A stretch of DNA of 64,000 nucleotides, from contig JANPEF010000106.1 of the NCBI GenBank assembly GCA_031431875.1, forward strand, positions 44,680 to 108,679. The letters run 5' to 3'. Position 1 is the first letter of the stretch. The number at the start of each line of letters is the position of its first letter. Source of the stretch: Candidatus Eiseniibacteriota bacterium (GTDB lineage Bacteria; Eisenbacteria; RBG-16-71-46; DASYSL01). The translations under genes were made by a program, and so were the position numbers. Below the pieces are notes generated by a model that was given only the letters and a program-made list of their open reading frames with translations, was not told where the DNA came from and did not search any database. Below are positions 21,286 to 29,928 of this stretch, piece after piece.

Positions 21286-24063
21286 ATGCCCAAGGAGCCA
21301 TCGATGATCCGCAGCGCCCCGATGCGTCGTGGCCTCGCCTGCTTCGTGCTGGCGGGCCTCGTTCTGCCCTGGTCGACCCCGGCACTCGCCCGGATCTGGA
21401 CCGACACGCCGATCGACGACGCGACGCTCCTGCCCGCGCCGGGCGCCGCCAGCGGCGGGTCCCCGTACAGCCTGCAGGCGGTGCCCGAGATCAATGGCGT
21501 GGGCCGCGTCTCGACCGCGGGCAACGTGTGGATGAAGACGACCAACATCGGCATCCTGGGCAACCCGTTCACGGCCCAGTCGCCCGATCCGTCGGCGCAG
21601 TGGCCGGGCCCGTCGGGCGTCGAGTACTTGTTCTTCATCGGCCTGTATGTCGCGGCAAAGAATCCCGAGGCAACCGATCCGGCCCTGGTGCGCCGCGTCA
21701 GCCACAACACCGAGTGGCGTCCGCCGACGCTCGCGCCCGAGGACCGGATCTACCAGTCCTACGACGGGCAGGTGGACGGCGGCCGCGCGGTCGACGACGA
21801 CGGCGACCTCCAGATCGACGAGGAGTTCTTCAACGGCAAGGACGACGACTTCGACGGCCGCATCGACGAGGACTACGCCGCCATTTCCCAGCTCATGTAC
21901 ACCTGCGAACTCCGCGACGACACCGAGCAGGCCGAGAACAGCAACTTCGCCGAGAAGCACGTCGGCTTCGGCCTGCGGGTGCAGCAGACTTCGTTCTCCT
22001 TCGCCGTTCCCGGGGCGAACGACTTCGCGGCGGCCGACTTCAAGGTCATCAACGATTCCGGGCACCAGCTCGACTCGGTGTTCGTCGGGTTCTTCGTCGA
22101 GCAGGATGTCGGCCCGACGCAGCTCGACCGCTACTTCTCCGATGACCTGCCGGACGCCCGCGTTCCGCAGGGGGACTTCCTCGAGATCATCGAGTCGAGC
22201 GATCCGCGCTTCGACACGGTTCTGTGCCGACAGGACACGATCAAGGTCCGCGGGTTCACCATGACCGACGACGATGGCGACATGGGCCGGACACCGGGGG
22301 GCTCGAGCTTCCTGCTGCTCGGCCACACCACGGACCCGACGGGCCAGAAGGCCCCTCGAACGGTCGGCTTCCGCATGTTCCGCGCCTACCTGCCGGGGAC
22401 GCCGTACGTGCAGGGCGGGGCGCCTGCGGTCGACATCGAGCGCTACGGTGCCATGTCCTCGCTCAATTCCGAGGGCGCCTGTTGCATCGGGGTCGATCCG
22501 CTGACGGGCCTGCTCAACGACGAGCGCGCCGAGGAGTCGACCAAGAGCGACTACTTCTCGCTCTGCTCCGTCGGGCCATTCCTCGACTGGGAAAACGGCG
22601 AATCGATCTCGATCCAGATCGCCCTGGCCGTCCAGCGCTGTGACTACACTCGACCGGCGGACGATCCGTCCCCGCCGCTCCCGAACGAATTGGACACGTA
22701 CGGCGGCTACCGTCGCATTTCGGACAATCCCTCCGGAACGGCCTGGCCGAATCCCGAACGCTACAGTGCGATGATCGTGAACGCGATCGAGGCCCAGAAG
22801 ACCTTCCGTGGAAAGTACCAGCGAGTCTCGCAGGGAGAGACGCCGGACCTCCGCGGTCGGGAGACCCCGTTTCTGGCCCCCCCGGGTCTGACGGAATCGC
22901 TCGCCGATTGCCGCGACGAGGAAGCGGGCCAGACCCGCGACGTGACGGACGACATCACGGTCTGGTTCGACTTCGATTGCAACTTCTGCACCGGCGTCCC
23001 GGGCTTCGAGCTCCGCGAGTGGCTCGCGGCTGCACCGCCGCCGAATCCGGGCCTGCGCCTCACCTCGCAGGACAGGAGGATCCTGCTCGAGTGGGACAAC
23101 CTCAGCGAGGTCACGCCGGATCCCTCGACGAACCTACTGGACTTCCATTCGTATCGCGTGTGGAAGGCCTCGAACTTCACCCGACCCGTGGGATCGTCCG
23201 GCCCGTCCGAGGATCTGTGGGCGCTCCTCGCCGAACTCTATCTCTATGACGAGCTGACGCCGCTGCGGGACTCCGTGGACTCGAACCAGGATGGCCGGCT
23301 CGACAGCCTGGTTGCTGCGACCTATCCCGTGCTGCTCAATCGGCAGACCGGAGAGCGGATCGATCCCGCGGGCATCCAGCCCTGTGCCAACGGCCAGACG
23401 CTGATCGACGGAACGTGCGTCCAGTCCACCGGGGCCCCGGGAGACACCGCATACGTCTTCGGCGATCGCCTGTACCTCGCGGAGAACGGGGCCGAGCGCC
23501 GAGCGACGGGCTACAAGCAGGCGCTCTACCCGGCCGGGCGCTACCGGTACGTGGATCCGAACGTGCTCAACGGCTTCGTCTACTTCTACTCGGTGACAGG
23601 CAAGGACTCGACCGGCCAGCGAAGCCAGACCGGTGGTCGCGGCACCCTCGCCGAGCAGGAGGGGCGCCGCAGCGCGACGGAGCTGGACGGCGTCTATCCG
23701 CAGGTCGCGGCGGACTCGAAGCCGGGCGGAATCTACGTCGTGCCCAATCCGTACCGGGGCAGCTCGCAGTGGGATCTGACCCCGAGCGCCTCGGATCCGA
23801 CCGGAACCAAGGTCGACTTCTACAACATGCCGCAGGGGCGGTGGACGCTCAAGATCTTCACCATCTCGGGAGACCTGGTGGAAGAGATCACGAGCGAAGA
23901 CACGCAGGTGAACGAGAAGCCGCAGAAAGAGAATGCTGAAGACGGTCAGGCGTCCTGGAACCTGATTTCGCGCAATGGCCAGGACGTGGTGAGCGGCATC
24001 TACATGTTCAGCGTCGAGTCGGACGCGGGAATGTCGCAGGGCAAGTTCGTCATCATCCGCTGA
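21286..24063 (+). CDS. Large acidic secreted protein with T9SS-like C-terminal sorting domain
   Basis: Signal peptide; DDDGD/DDDFDGRIDED Ca-binding-like repeats; Fn3-like segment; CTD VVPNPY...KIFTISGDLV...WNLISRNGQDVVSGIYMF...GKFVIIR. Start 21286 or 21304. Confidence 0.85.
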   Translation: MPKEPSMIRSAPMRRGLACFVLAGLVLPWSTPALARIWTDTPIDDATLLPAPGAASGGSPYSLQAVPEINGVGRVSTAGNVWMKTTNIGILGNPFTAQSPDPSAQWPGPSGVEYLFFIGLYVAAKNPEATDPALVRRVSHNTEWRPPTLAPEDRIYQSYDGQVDGGRAVDDDGDLQIDEEFFNGKDDDFDGRIDEDYAAISQLMYTCELRDDTEQAENSNFAEKHVGFGLRVQQTSFSFAVPGANDFAAADFKVINDSGHQLDSVFVGFFVEQDVGPTQLDRYFSDDLPDARVPQGDFLEIIESSDPRFDTVLCRQDTIKVRGFTMTDDDGDMGRTPGGSSFLLLGHTTDPTGQKAPRTVGFRMFRAYLPGTPYVQGGAPAVDIERYGAMSSLNSEGACCIGVDPLTGLLNDERAEESTKSDYFSLCSVGPFLDWENGESISIQIALAVQRCDYTRPADDPSPPLPNELDTYGGYRRISDNPSGTAWPNPERYSAMIVNAIEAQKTFRGKYQRVSQGETPDLRGRETPFLAPPGLTESLADCRDEEAGQTRDVTDDITVWFDFDCNFCTGVPGFELREWLAAAPPPNPGLRLTSQDRRILLEWDNLSEVTPDPSTNLLDFHSYRVWKASNFTRPVGSSGPSEDLWALLAELYLYDELTPLRDSVDSNQDGRLDSLVAATYPVLLNRQTGERIDPAGIQPCANGQTLIDGTCVQSTGAPGDTAYVFGDRLYLAENGAERRATGYKQALYPAGRYRYVDPNVLNGFVYFYSVTGKDSTGQRSQTGGRGTLAEQEGRRSATELDGVYPQVAADSKPGGIYVVPNPYRGSSQWDLTPSASDPTGTKVDFYNMPQGRWTLKIFTISGDLVEEITSEDTQVNEKPQKENAEDGQASWNLISRNGQDVVSGIYMFSVESDAGMSQGKFVIIR

Positions 24064-24115
24064 CGCGGAAGTCGGCGGAGCCTTCGACGCACCGCCCCAC
24101 AGAGGAGGAGCCAGA

Positions 24116-25060
24116 GTGAAGCGGACCCTGATCGCGCTGACCGTGCTGAGCCTCGCGGCCGCGGATGCGCGCGCCGCCGAGATCTTCGAAAAGGTCGGCA
24201 CGTTCGACGGCCAGTTCCTGAAGATCGGAATCGGCGCTCGCGCGGCAGGCATGGGCGGCGCCTTCGTCGCCATCGCCGACGACCCCACGGCGGTGTTCTG
24301 GAATCCGTCGGGGATCGCGCGCCTGAACGAGGAAGAGACCAACGTGCAGGTCAACCACCTGACGTGGCCGGCCGACGTGGCGGTCGACCAGGCGGTGCTC
24401 GCCTTCAAGATCGGCAAGCTCCCCGGCATCTGGGCGGTCAATGCCCGGTCGCTGACCATCGACGACCAGCCGGTGCGCGACTCGTTCCGGCCGGAGGGCA
24501 CCGGCGTGTACTTCGATGCCGGCTACACGTCGTTCGGCGCCACCTACGCGCGTTCGTTCACGGACAAGTTCTCGGCCGGCGCGACCGTCAACCTGGTGCG
24601 CATGGGACTCGCCGAGTTCAAGCAGGAGACGATCACGTTCGACCTCGGGACCCTGTACGACGTCGGCGTCGCGGGCATGAAGATCGGTTTCGCCATCCAG
24701 AGCATCGGCGGCCAGGTCCAGTTCATCGATCGTGAGGCGCGGGTCCCGACCGTGTTTCGCGTCGGCACGTCGGCGGACCTCATCACCACCAGCACCAGCA
24801 AGCTGATCGGCTCGTTCGAGTTCTCGCACCCGCCCGACAACGCCGAGCGCGCGAACGTCGGCGCCGAGTACGCCTACAAGGACTTCCTGTTCCTGCGTTC
24901 GGGCATGAACCTCAACTACGACACCGAGGGCTTCGCGGCCGGCGCCGGCGTGCGCTTCCCCATCTCTGCCCTCAAGACGAACGCAAACTTCGATTACGCA
25001 TACACGGACATGAAGACGCTCGGTTCCGCGCACCGCTTCTCGCTCCGAGTCCGCTTCTAG
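24116..25060 (+). CDS. PorV/PorQ-family outer-membrane barrel
   Basis: GAGGAG RBS; FLKIGIGARAAGMGGAFVAIADDPTAVFWNPSG; ends DYAY..LGSAHRFSLRVRF. Confidence 0.88.
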   Translation: MKRTLIALTVLSLAAADARAAEIFEKVGTFDGQFLKIGIGARAAGMGGAFVAIADDPTAVFWNPSGIARLNEEETNVQVNHLTWPADVAVDQAVLAFKIGKLPGIWAVNARSLTIDDQPVRDSFRPEGTGVYFDAGYTSFGATYARSFTDKFSAGATVNLVRMGLAEFKQETITFDLGTLYDVGVAGMKIGFAIQSIGGQVQFIDREARVPTVFRVGTSADLITTSTSKLIGSFEFSHPPDNAERANVGAEYAYKDFLFLRSGMNLNYDTEGFAAGAGVRFPISALKTNANFDYAYTDMKTLGSAHRFSLRVRF

Positions 25061-25081
25061 GATCGGGCGACGCCTACGCGC

Positions 25082-26581
25082 CTGAACACGACCCTCGTCG
25101 CCGCCCTCCTCGCCCTCGTGGCGGGGACGGCGGGGGACGCCCCGGCCGGGATCGATCCCGATCGAGAGCGGCCCCTGCCCTGGCGGAGCGAGGGTCGTTT
25201 GCTGTTCATCACCGACATCGTGGCCTCGCCCGGGCACGCTGGCGACGGGCGCTCCCGGCTCGACGTCGCGCTGCGCATCCCCGGCGACCAGCTCCGCTAC
25301 GTCGATCGCGGCGACTCGATCGTTGCCGACCTGCGGCTCACCGTCGAGTTCCGCACCCGTTTCGGCCAGAAGGAGCTGGGCGAGTCGCGCACGCTGCGCG
25401 TCACGGCCCCGCCACGCGCGCCGAGCGGCTATAGCCCCGGGCACCTGCTCGTCCAGACGTTCGCCGTCCCGCCGGGACAGCACCAGCTGGTCGTGAAGCT
25501 CGAGGACCTGCAGAAGAACAAGACCGGCCTCGCCTACGTCGGGCGCAGGGTCCCGGAGAAGGGCTCGGCCGAGGGCCTGGTCCGCATCCCCACGTACCCC
25601 GCCGATTCGCTGGCCCTGGGCACGCCCATGCTCGCCTGGCCGGCTGCCGCGCTTGACAGCGCCGATACGCGCGGCGCGCGCTCGTTCCGGCGCACGCCGG
25701 GCGGCGCGCCCGTCCTGCCCGATCCCGATCGCACCTACGGCCTGTACGCGCCGGTCGCGCGCGCCTACTTCGAGGTGCGGCCGGCGCGAGAGGCGATGGG
25801 CCCGGCGACGGTGGTCGCCCGCGTGCGCACGACCGAGGGGCGACTGCTGGCCATCGTCGATTCCGCCGTCGTCGACGAGCAGGAACCGTGGTCCGGGCGC
25901 TTCGGCTTCGACGTCTCGACGCTGCCGGCCGGCGCCTACGACCTCGAGGTCACGGTGGCGCAGGGCGCAGCCACCGCGCGGTCCATGAACCGCTTCAACG
26001 TCGCGTGGCGGCCCGAGTCGTGGGAGCGCGATCCGCGCGAGTTCCTCGAGGAGGCGCACTTCCTGCTCGACGATGCCGACCTCGAGGAGCGCTACGCCGA
26101 GTTCACCGCCGGCGAGCAGGAGGCCTACCTCGACCGCTACTGGCGGGACCGCGACCCGACGCCGCTGTCGGCGCAGAACGAGGAGCGCGACAAGTTCTAC
26201 GACCGTGTGCGCTACGCCAACGACCACTTCGGGCTCCAGGGCGTGGTCAAGGGCATGCTGTCGGACCGCGGGCGCATCTACGTGCGCTTCGGCGAGCCGG
26301 ACGAGATCCGCCAGCAGGTCATGCCCGTCGGCGGTGCCACCGTGCAGCAGGTGGCACGCGAGATCGCCGTCGTCGACGACGATCCCTCCGCGGTCCAGCT
26401 CCGCAAGCCGCTGTCGATCGGCACCGACGAGCGGCCGTTCGAGGTGTGGACCTACATCCGCGTCCTCGAATCCCAGCAGGAGCGCGTGCAGGGTGGCTCG
26501 CAGCGTCGCATGCAGCGCAAGTTCGTCTTCGTCGACGAGCAGGGCTACGGAAACTACACGCTGGGCTATTCGAGCGAGTGA
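25082..26581 (+). CDS. GWxTD-domain protein (variant GMLSD motif)
   Basis: YWRDRDPTP..NE..FYDRVRYANDHF..GMLSDRGRIYVRFGEPD..FEVWTY..FVFVD. The signal peptide is complete only from CTG 25082; the first canonical start is GTG 25118. Confidence 0.85.
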   Translation: MNTTLVAALLALVAGTAGDAPAGIDPDRERPLPWRSEGRLLFITDIVASPGHAGDGRSRLDVALRIPGDQLRYVDRGDSIVADLRLTVEFRTRFGQKELGESRTLRVTAPPRAPSGYSPGHLLVQTFAVPPGQHQLVVKLEDLQKNKTGLAYVGRRVPEKGSAEGLVRIPTYPADSLALGTPMLAWPAAALDSADTRGARSFRRTPGGAPVLPDPDRTYGLYAPVARAYFEVRPAREAMGPATVVARVRTTEGRLLAIVDSAVVDEQEPWSGRFGFDVSTLPAGAYDLEVTVAQGAATARSMNRFNVAWRPESWERDPREFLEEAHFLLDDADLEERYAEFTAGEQEAYLDRYWRDRDPTPLSAQNEERDKFYDRVRYANDHFGLQGVVKGMLSDRGRIYVRFGEPDEIRQQVMPVGGATVQQVAREIAVVDDDPSAVQLRKPLSIGTDERPFEVWTYIRVLESQQERVQGGSQRRMQRKFVFVDEQGYGNYTLGYSSE

Positions 26582-26976
26582 TCGAGCCTCCCCGGCGGCG
26601 ACGGCCGCACGAGTCCCGCTGAATGGCCCTCGACTTGTCACGGCTTTACGGGGAGCTATCTGTGGCTGTGGACGAACCGGACTCCCCACGGGGTCCGGTT
26701 GAGGCACGAAGTAGGTGACCTCGACGGACAGCCGCCTGTGCACGCGCACCTCATTCACCATCCGGTGGAGGACTCCAGCCACGGGCCGCGAGTGTGCCCT
26801 CCTTGCGTCTGCGGCGGTTGGGATCGAGTTGTATCGTGTACAATGCGTGGGTGTCACGCTTGGGGGTGGAGCTTGTCAGTAGCATAGGGCTTCGCTGTAC
26901 GACCGGGAGGACCCACACTCGTCCCCACAATCGTTCCTAGCGCACGAACGTCGTTCCACTCGCGCACTAAAACAAA

Positions 26977-28342
26977 GGGGCTTCCGGGTTTGGTGTGGCC
27001 CGATTCATTGGCCGCGCCTGACGCTGGCCGGGTAGAGATCGAGCCCACCGCAGTGGAAGAAGATCGCCTGGCGGAAGCGCTCCCGATTGCGGAAGCCGCA
27101 TGAGCGCGCCTTCACCCGCTGGATCTTTGCGTTCATCGACTCCGAGCCGGCATTGGTGATGCGATGCACGAAGTAGTTCCGCACGTGATGCCAGTGGCGG
27201 CGAAGCATGCGTGCGACGCGCTTGATCGGCTCGAGCTTGCTCCGCATCGCAAGGAAGAGCCACGCCTTGAAGTTGCGCTCGGCGGCCCACGGTGCGCTCA
27301 GGTCGAAGATCTTCATCGCCATCTCCTTGAGCCCCCAGGCCCGGCCCAGTCGCTCGACCTGGCGTCTCAGTCCCGTCAGCACGCACTTCTCCAGGTGGCT
27401 CAGCGATCCGGGATGCCGGAGCCAGTCGTACTTCGTGCCCCCGAGCGGCGAGAACCCCTCGGCGTGCAGCCGCCGGTGCTCGCTGCGGCGCACCTGATCG
27501 ACCGCGTCGTTCAGGTACTTCGCGAGGTGGAACTTGTCGAACACGATCTTCGAGTCGGCGTCGGGCAGGTGCTCGAGCGTCGACTGGATGTAGGGACCCC
27601 ACATGTCCATGGCGACACCCTCGATCATGTTGATCTGCGTCGGCGACAGCCCCTTCCAGAACGCATCCAGGCTCTCGCGCCTGCGGTCGTCGGCGACGTC
27701 GAGCACGATGCCGCGCTCGAGATCGCTGACCACCGTGACATACTCGTGCCGCTTCTGGTACGCCGTCTCATCGATGCCCACATACCGCGGAGCCACCGCG
27801 TCGCGGCGAGCCCGGCCACGCTTGACGGCGCGACCGAGGATCCCGTCGGCTTCGTCCCACGAGATCCTGAGGTGCTTCGCCACCGCACTCACGCTCGCCT
27901 GCTTCAGCCAGTCGATGGCCAGCGCCTCGAACAGCGCAGTGAACTGCGAGCCCGGCTCCGCCCACGGCACCGTGAGCTGCCGGATCCCGTGCGTCGGGCA
28001 GTTCAGCCGCGGCACGCGCGCATGCACGATGGTCCGAAACTGACAGGTGTCCAGGTGTCGCCAGCTCCGCTCCTGATGGTCGTGAATCGGAGCCGCTGAA
28101 TGACACTCCGGGCAGACCCAGCGCACCTGCTTCGGCAGCGCCACCCAGACCTCGACTTCCCCGGCGCTCAGGTTCGTCTCAACGCGCTCCACGATCCACG
28201 GGCTGCTCAGTCCCAGCACGGCGGCATACAGGCTCTTGATCTCGCTCAGGCTCGTCCTCCCGGTGAAGGTCCGAGCCCCAGCCTATCAACCCGCTACGCC
28301 GCTCGCGTCGCCGATTTCACCCACACCAGAGCCGGAAGCCCC
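26977..28342 (-). mobile_element. Intact ISL3-family insertion sequence (1366 bp)
   Basis: IRs GGGGCTTCCGGGTTTGGTGTGG (26977-26998) and its counterpart at 28321-28342 match 20/22; 8-bp direct repeat AAAACAAA at 26969-26976 and 28343-28350. Confidence 0.95.
27005..28249 (-). CDS. ISL3-family transposase
   Basis: Zn finger CPEC...CPTH, VPWAEPGS, GIDET, MDMW, DKFH, SESMNAKI, GFRN. Proposed CTG start at 28249 after GGAGGA; GTG alternative at 28219. Confidence 0.93.
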   Translation of the reverse strand: MSEIKSLYAAVLGLSSPWIVERVETNLSAGEVEVWVALPKQVRWVCPECHSAAPIHDHQERSWRHLDTCQFRTIVHARVPRLNCPTHGIRQLTVPWAEPGSQFTALFEALAIDWLKQASVSAVAKHLRISWDEADGILGRAVKRGRARRDAVAPRYVGIDETAYQKRHEYVTVVSDLERGIVLDVADDRRRESLDAFWKGLSPTQINMIEGVAMDMWGPYIQSTLEHLPDADSKIVFDKFHLAKYLNDAVDQVRRSEHRRLHAEGFSPLGGTKYDWLRHPGSLSHLEKCVLTGLRRQVERLGRAWGLKEMAMKIFDLSAPWAAERNFKAWLFLAMRSKLEPIKRVARMLRRHWHHVRNYFVHRITNAGSESMNAKIQRVKARSCGFRNRERFRQAIFFHCGGLDLYPASVRRGQ

Positions 28343-28447
28343 AAAACAAATAGCAAGGTCGCCGTCTGCCTGGAGGAAGAGAGTTGGCGCCACGCGCGCT
28401 GTGTAGTGTAGTCGTCGCCCAGGACTGGGGTGGAATGAATTCCAGAT

Positions 28448-29368
28448 GGCTCTTCCGGCTCTGGTGTCGGCCGATTCATTGGCCGCACCTGACGCCGGCC
28501 GGGTAGAGATCGAGCCCGCCGCAGTGGAAGAAGATCACGCGGCGGAGCCGCTCGCGATTGCGGAACCCGCGGGCGCGCCCCTTGAGCTGCTGGATCTTCG
28601 TGTTCATGGCCTCTGACCCGGCGTTGGTGATGCGATGCACGAAGTAGTTCCGGAGCTGGCCCCAGTGCTTTCGCAGCATGCGCGCCACGCGCTTGATCGG
28701 CTCGAGCTTGCTTCTCATCGCGCCGATCAGCCAGGTCTCGAAGTTGCGATCGGCGGCCCACGGCGCGGTGAGATCGAAGATCTTCATCGCCATCTCATTG
28801 AGCGCCCAGGCACGACCCAGGCGCCGGACGTGGCCCCGAAGCTCCGCCAGCGCGCATTTCTCCGCGTGAGTCAGCGTCCCGGGATGGCGCAGCCAGTCGT
28901 ACTTCGTCCGCGCCAGCGACGAGTCGCCCTCGGCCAGGAGCCGCCGGTGCTCGCTCCTACGCACGCGATCGACGGCGTCGTTCAAGTGCTGGGCGACATG
29001 GAACTTGTCGAACACGATCTTCGACTCGGCGTCCGGCAGGTGCTCGAACGTCGAGTGGATGTAGGGGCCCCACATGTCCATCGCGACGGCCTCGACGTTT
29101 GCGATCTGGGACGGCGAGAGCTTCTGCCAGAACGCATCCAGACTCTCGATCCTGCGGTCGTCGGCGACGTCGAGCACGATGCCGCGCTCGAGATCACTCA
29201 CCACGGTGACGTACTCGTGACGCTTCTGGAACGCCGTCTCATCGATCCCCACGTAGCGCGGAGCCACGACATCCCGCCTCGCCAGACCGCGGCGAACGGC
29301 CCGGGCCAGGATTCCGTCCGCCTCGTCCCACGAGATCCGCAGGTGCTTCGCCACCGCGCTCACGCTCG
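28448..29368 (-). pseudogene. 5'-truncated second ISL3 element (one IR, transposase lacking its N-terminal Zn-finger region)
   Basis: IR GGCTCTTCCGGCTCTGGTGTCGG from 28448; stop at 28476; similarity to copy 1 ends near 29368 at SVSAVAKHL; no second IR seen. Confidence 0.88.
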
Positions 29369-29370
29369 GC

Positions 29371-29514
29371 TTCCAGCAGGAAGGGCCGTACCTCCTCGTC
29401 GCAGGGGAGTACATCGGGACGAGTGCCCGAGTTGTGGATCTGCGAACGGGGGAGATCCTGTTACGCGCACCACATGAGGCACGGTGGAGCGTGTGGGTTC
29501 CGTGGCCCAGGTGA
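29371..29514 (+). pseudogene. Orphan 3' fragment of a possible beta-propeller gene
   Basis: Reads FQQEGPYLLVAGEYIGTSARVVDLRTGEILLRAPHEARWSVWVPWPR*, starting at the IS truncation point with no start codon. Confidence 0.4.
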
Positions 29515-29928
29515 GGCCAAGGGCCGCGCTCGACGACTCTTCTCGCGCTCGCGCGTGAGGCGTGCGCAATCGGGGTTGCTTCCGGCCCTTCTTCCGCGTG
29601 CTCACCCCAACACTTCCCCCGTCGCAATTGCCGCAGCGGATGAGGCCGGTGTGGAAGCGCGCGCTTCCGACCCGGCCGTGGCGTGGAGCGACGGGGGCGA
29701 GACCGAGCGGCCGCGTGCATGGCACGATCGAGCGGTCCGCGAAGCGCAGGCGGTCGCAGCCTTCGCCATTGTCTGGCTAAGTTCTGGCTCCGGCCGGAGA
29801 AACTGCAAAGTCCTTGACAAGCGAGGCGAATATGGCAAAGCTAGTAGGTCCGAGAAAAGCGCGCGCCCTTCGCGACTCATGCGACGGGCACTTCCGGCCT
29901 TGACGCACGACCGAAGGGCCATCTTGCC

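Noticed and set aside
25058..25060. TAG readthrough giving a PorV-GWxTD fusion
   Set aside because: PorV ends in a proper terminal Phe and the next ORF has its own signal peptide.
26977..29368. Composite transposon formed by the two ISL3 copies
   Set aside because: The copies are divergent, only about 100 bp apart, and copy 1 has its own target duplication.
29369..29720. Full-length 414-aa second transposase in the ORF track
   Set aside because: The N-terminal part is unrelated sequence with no Zn finger and no IR.
29814..29842. TTGACA promoter before the Asp-box gene
   Set aside because: The -10 at correct spacing (AAAGCT) is poor.
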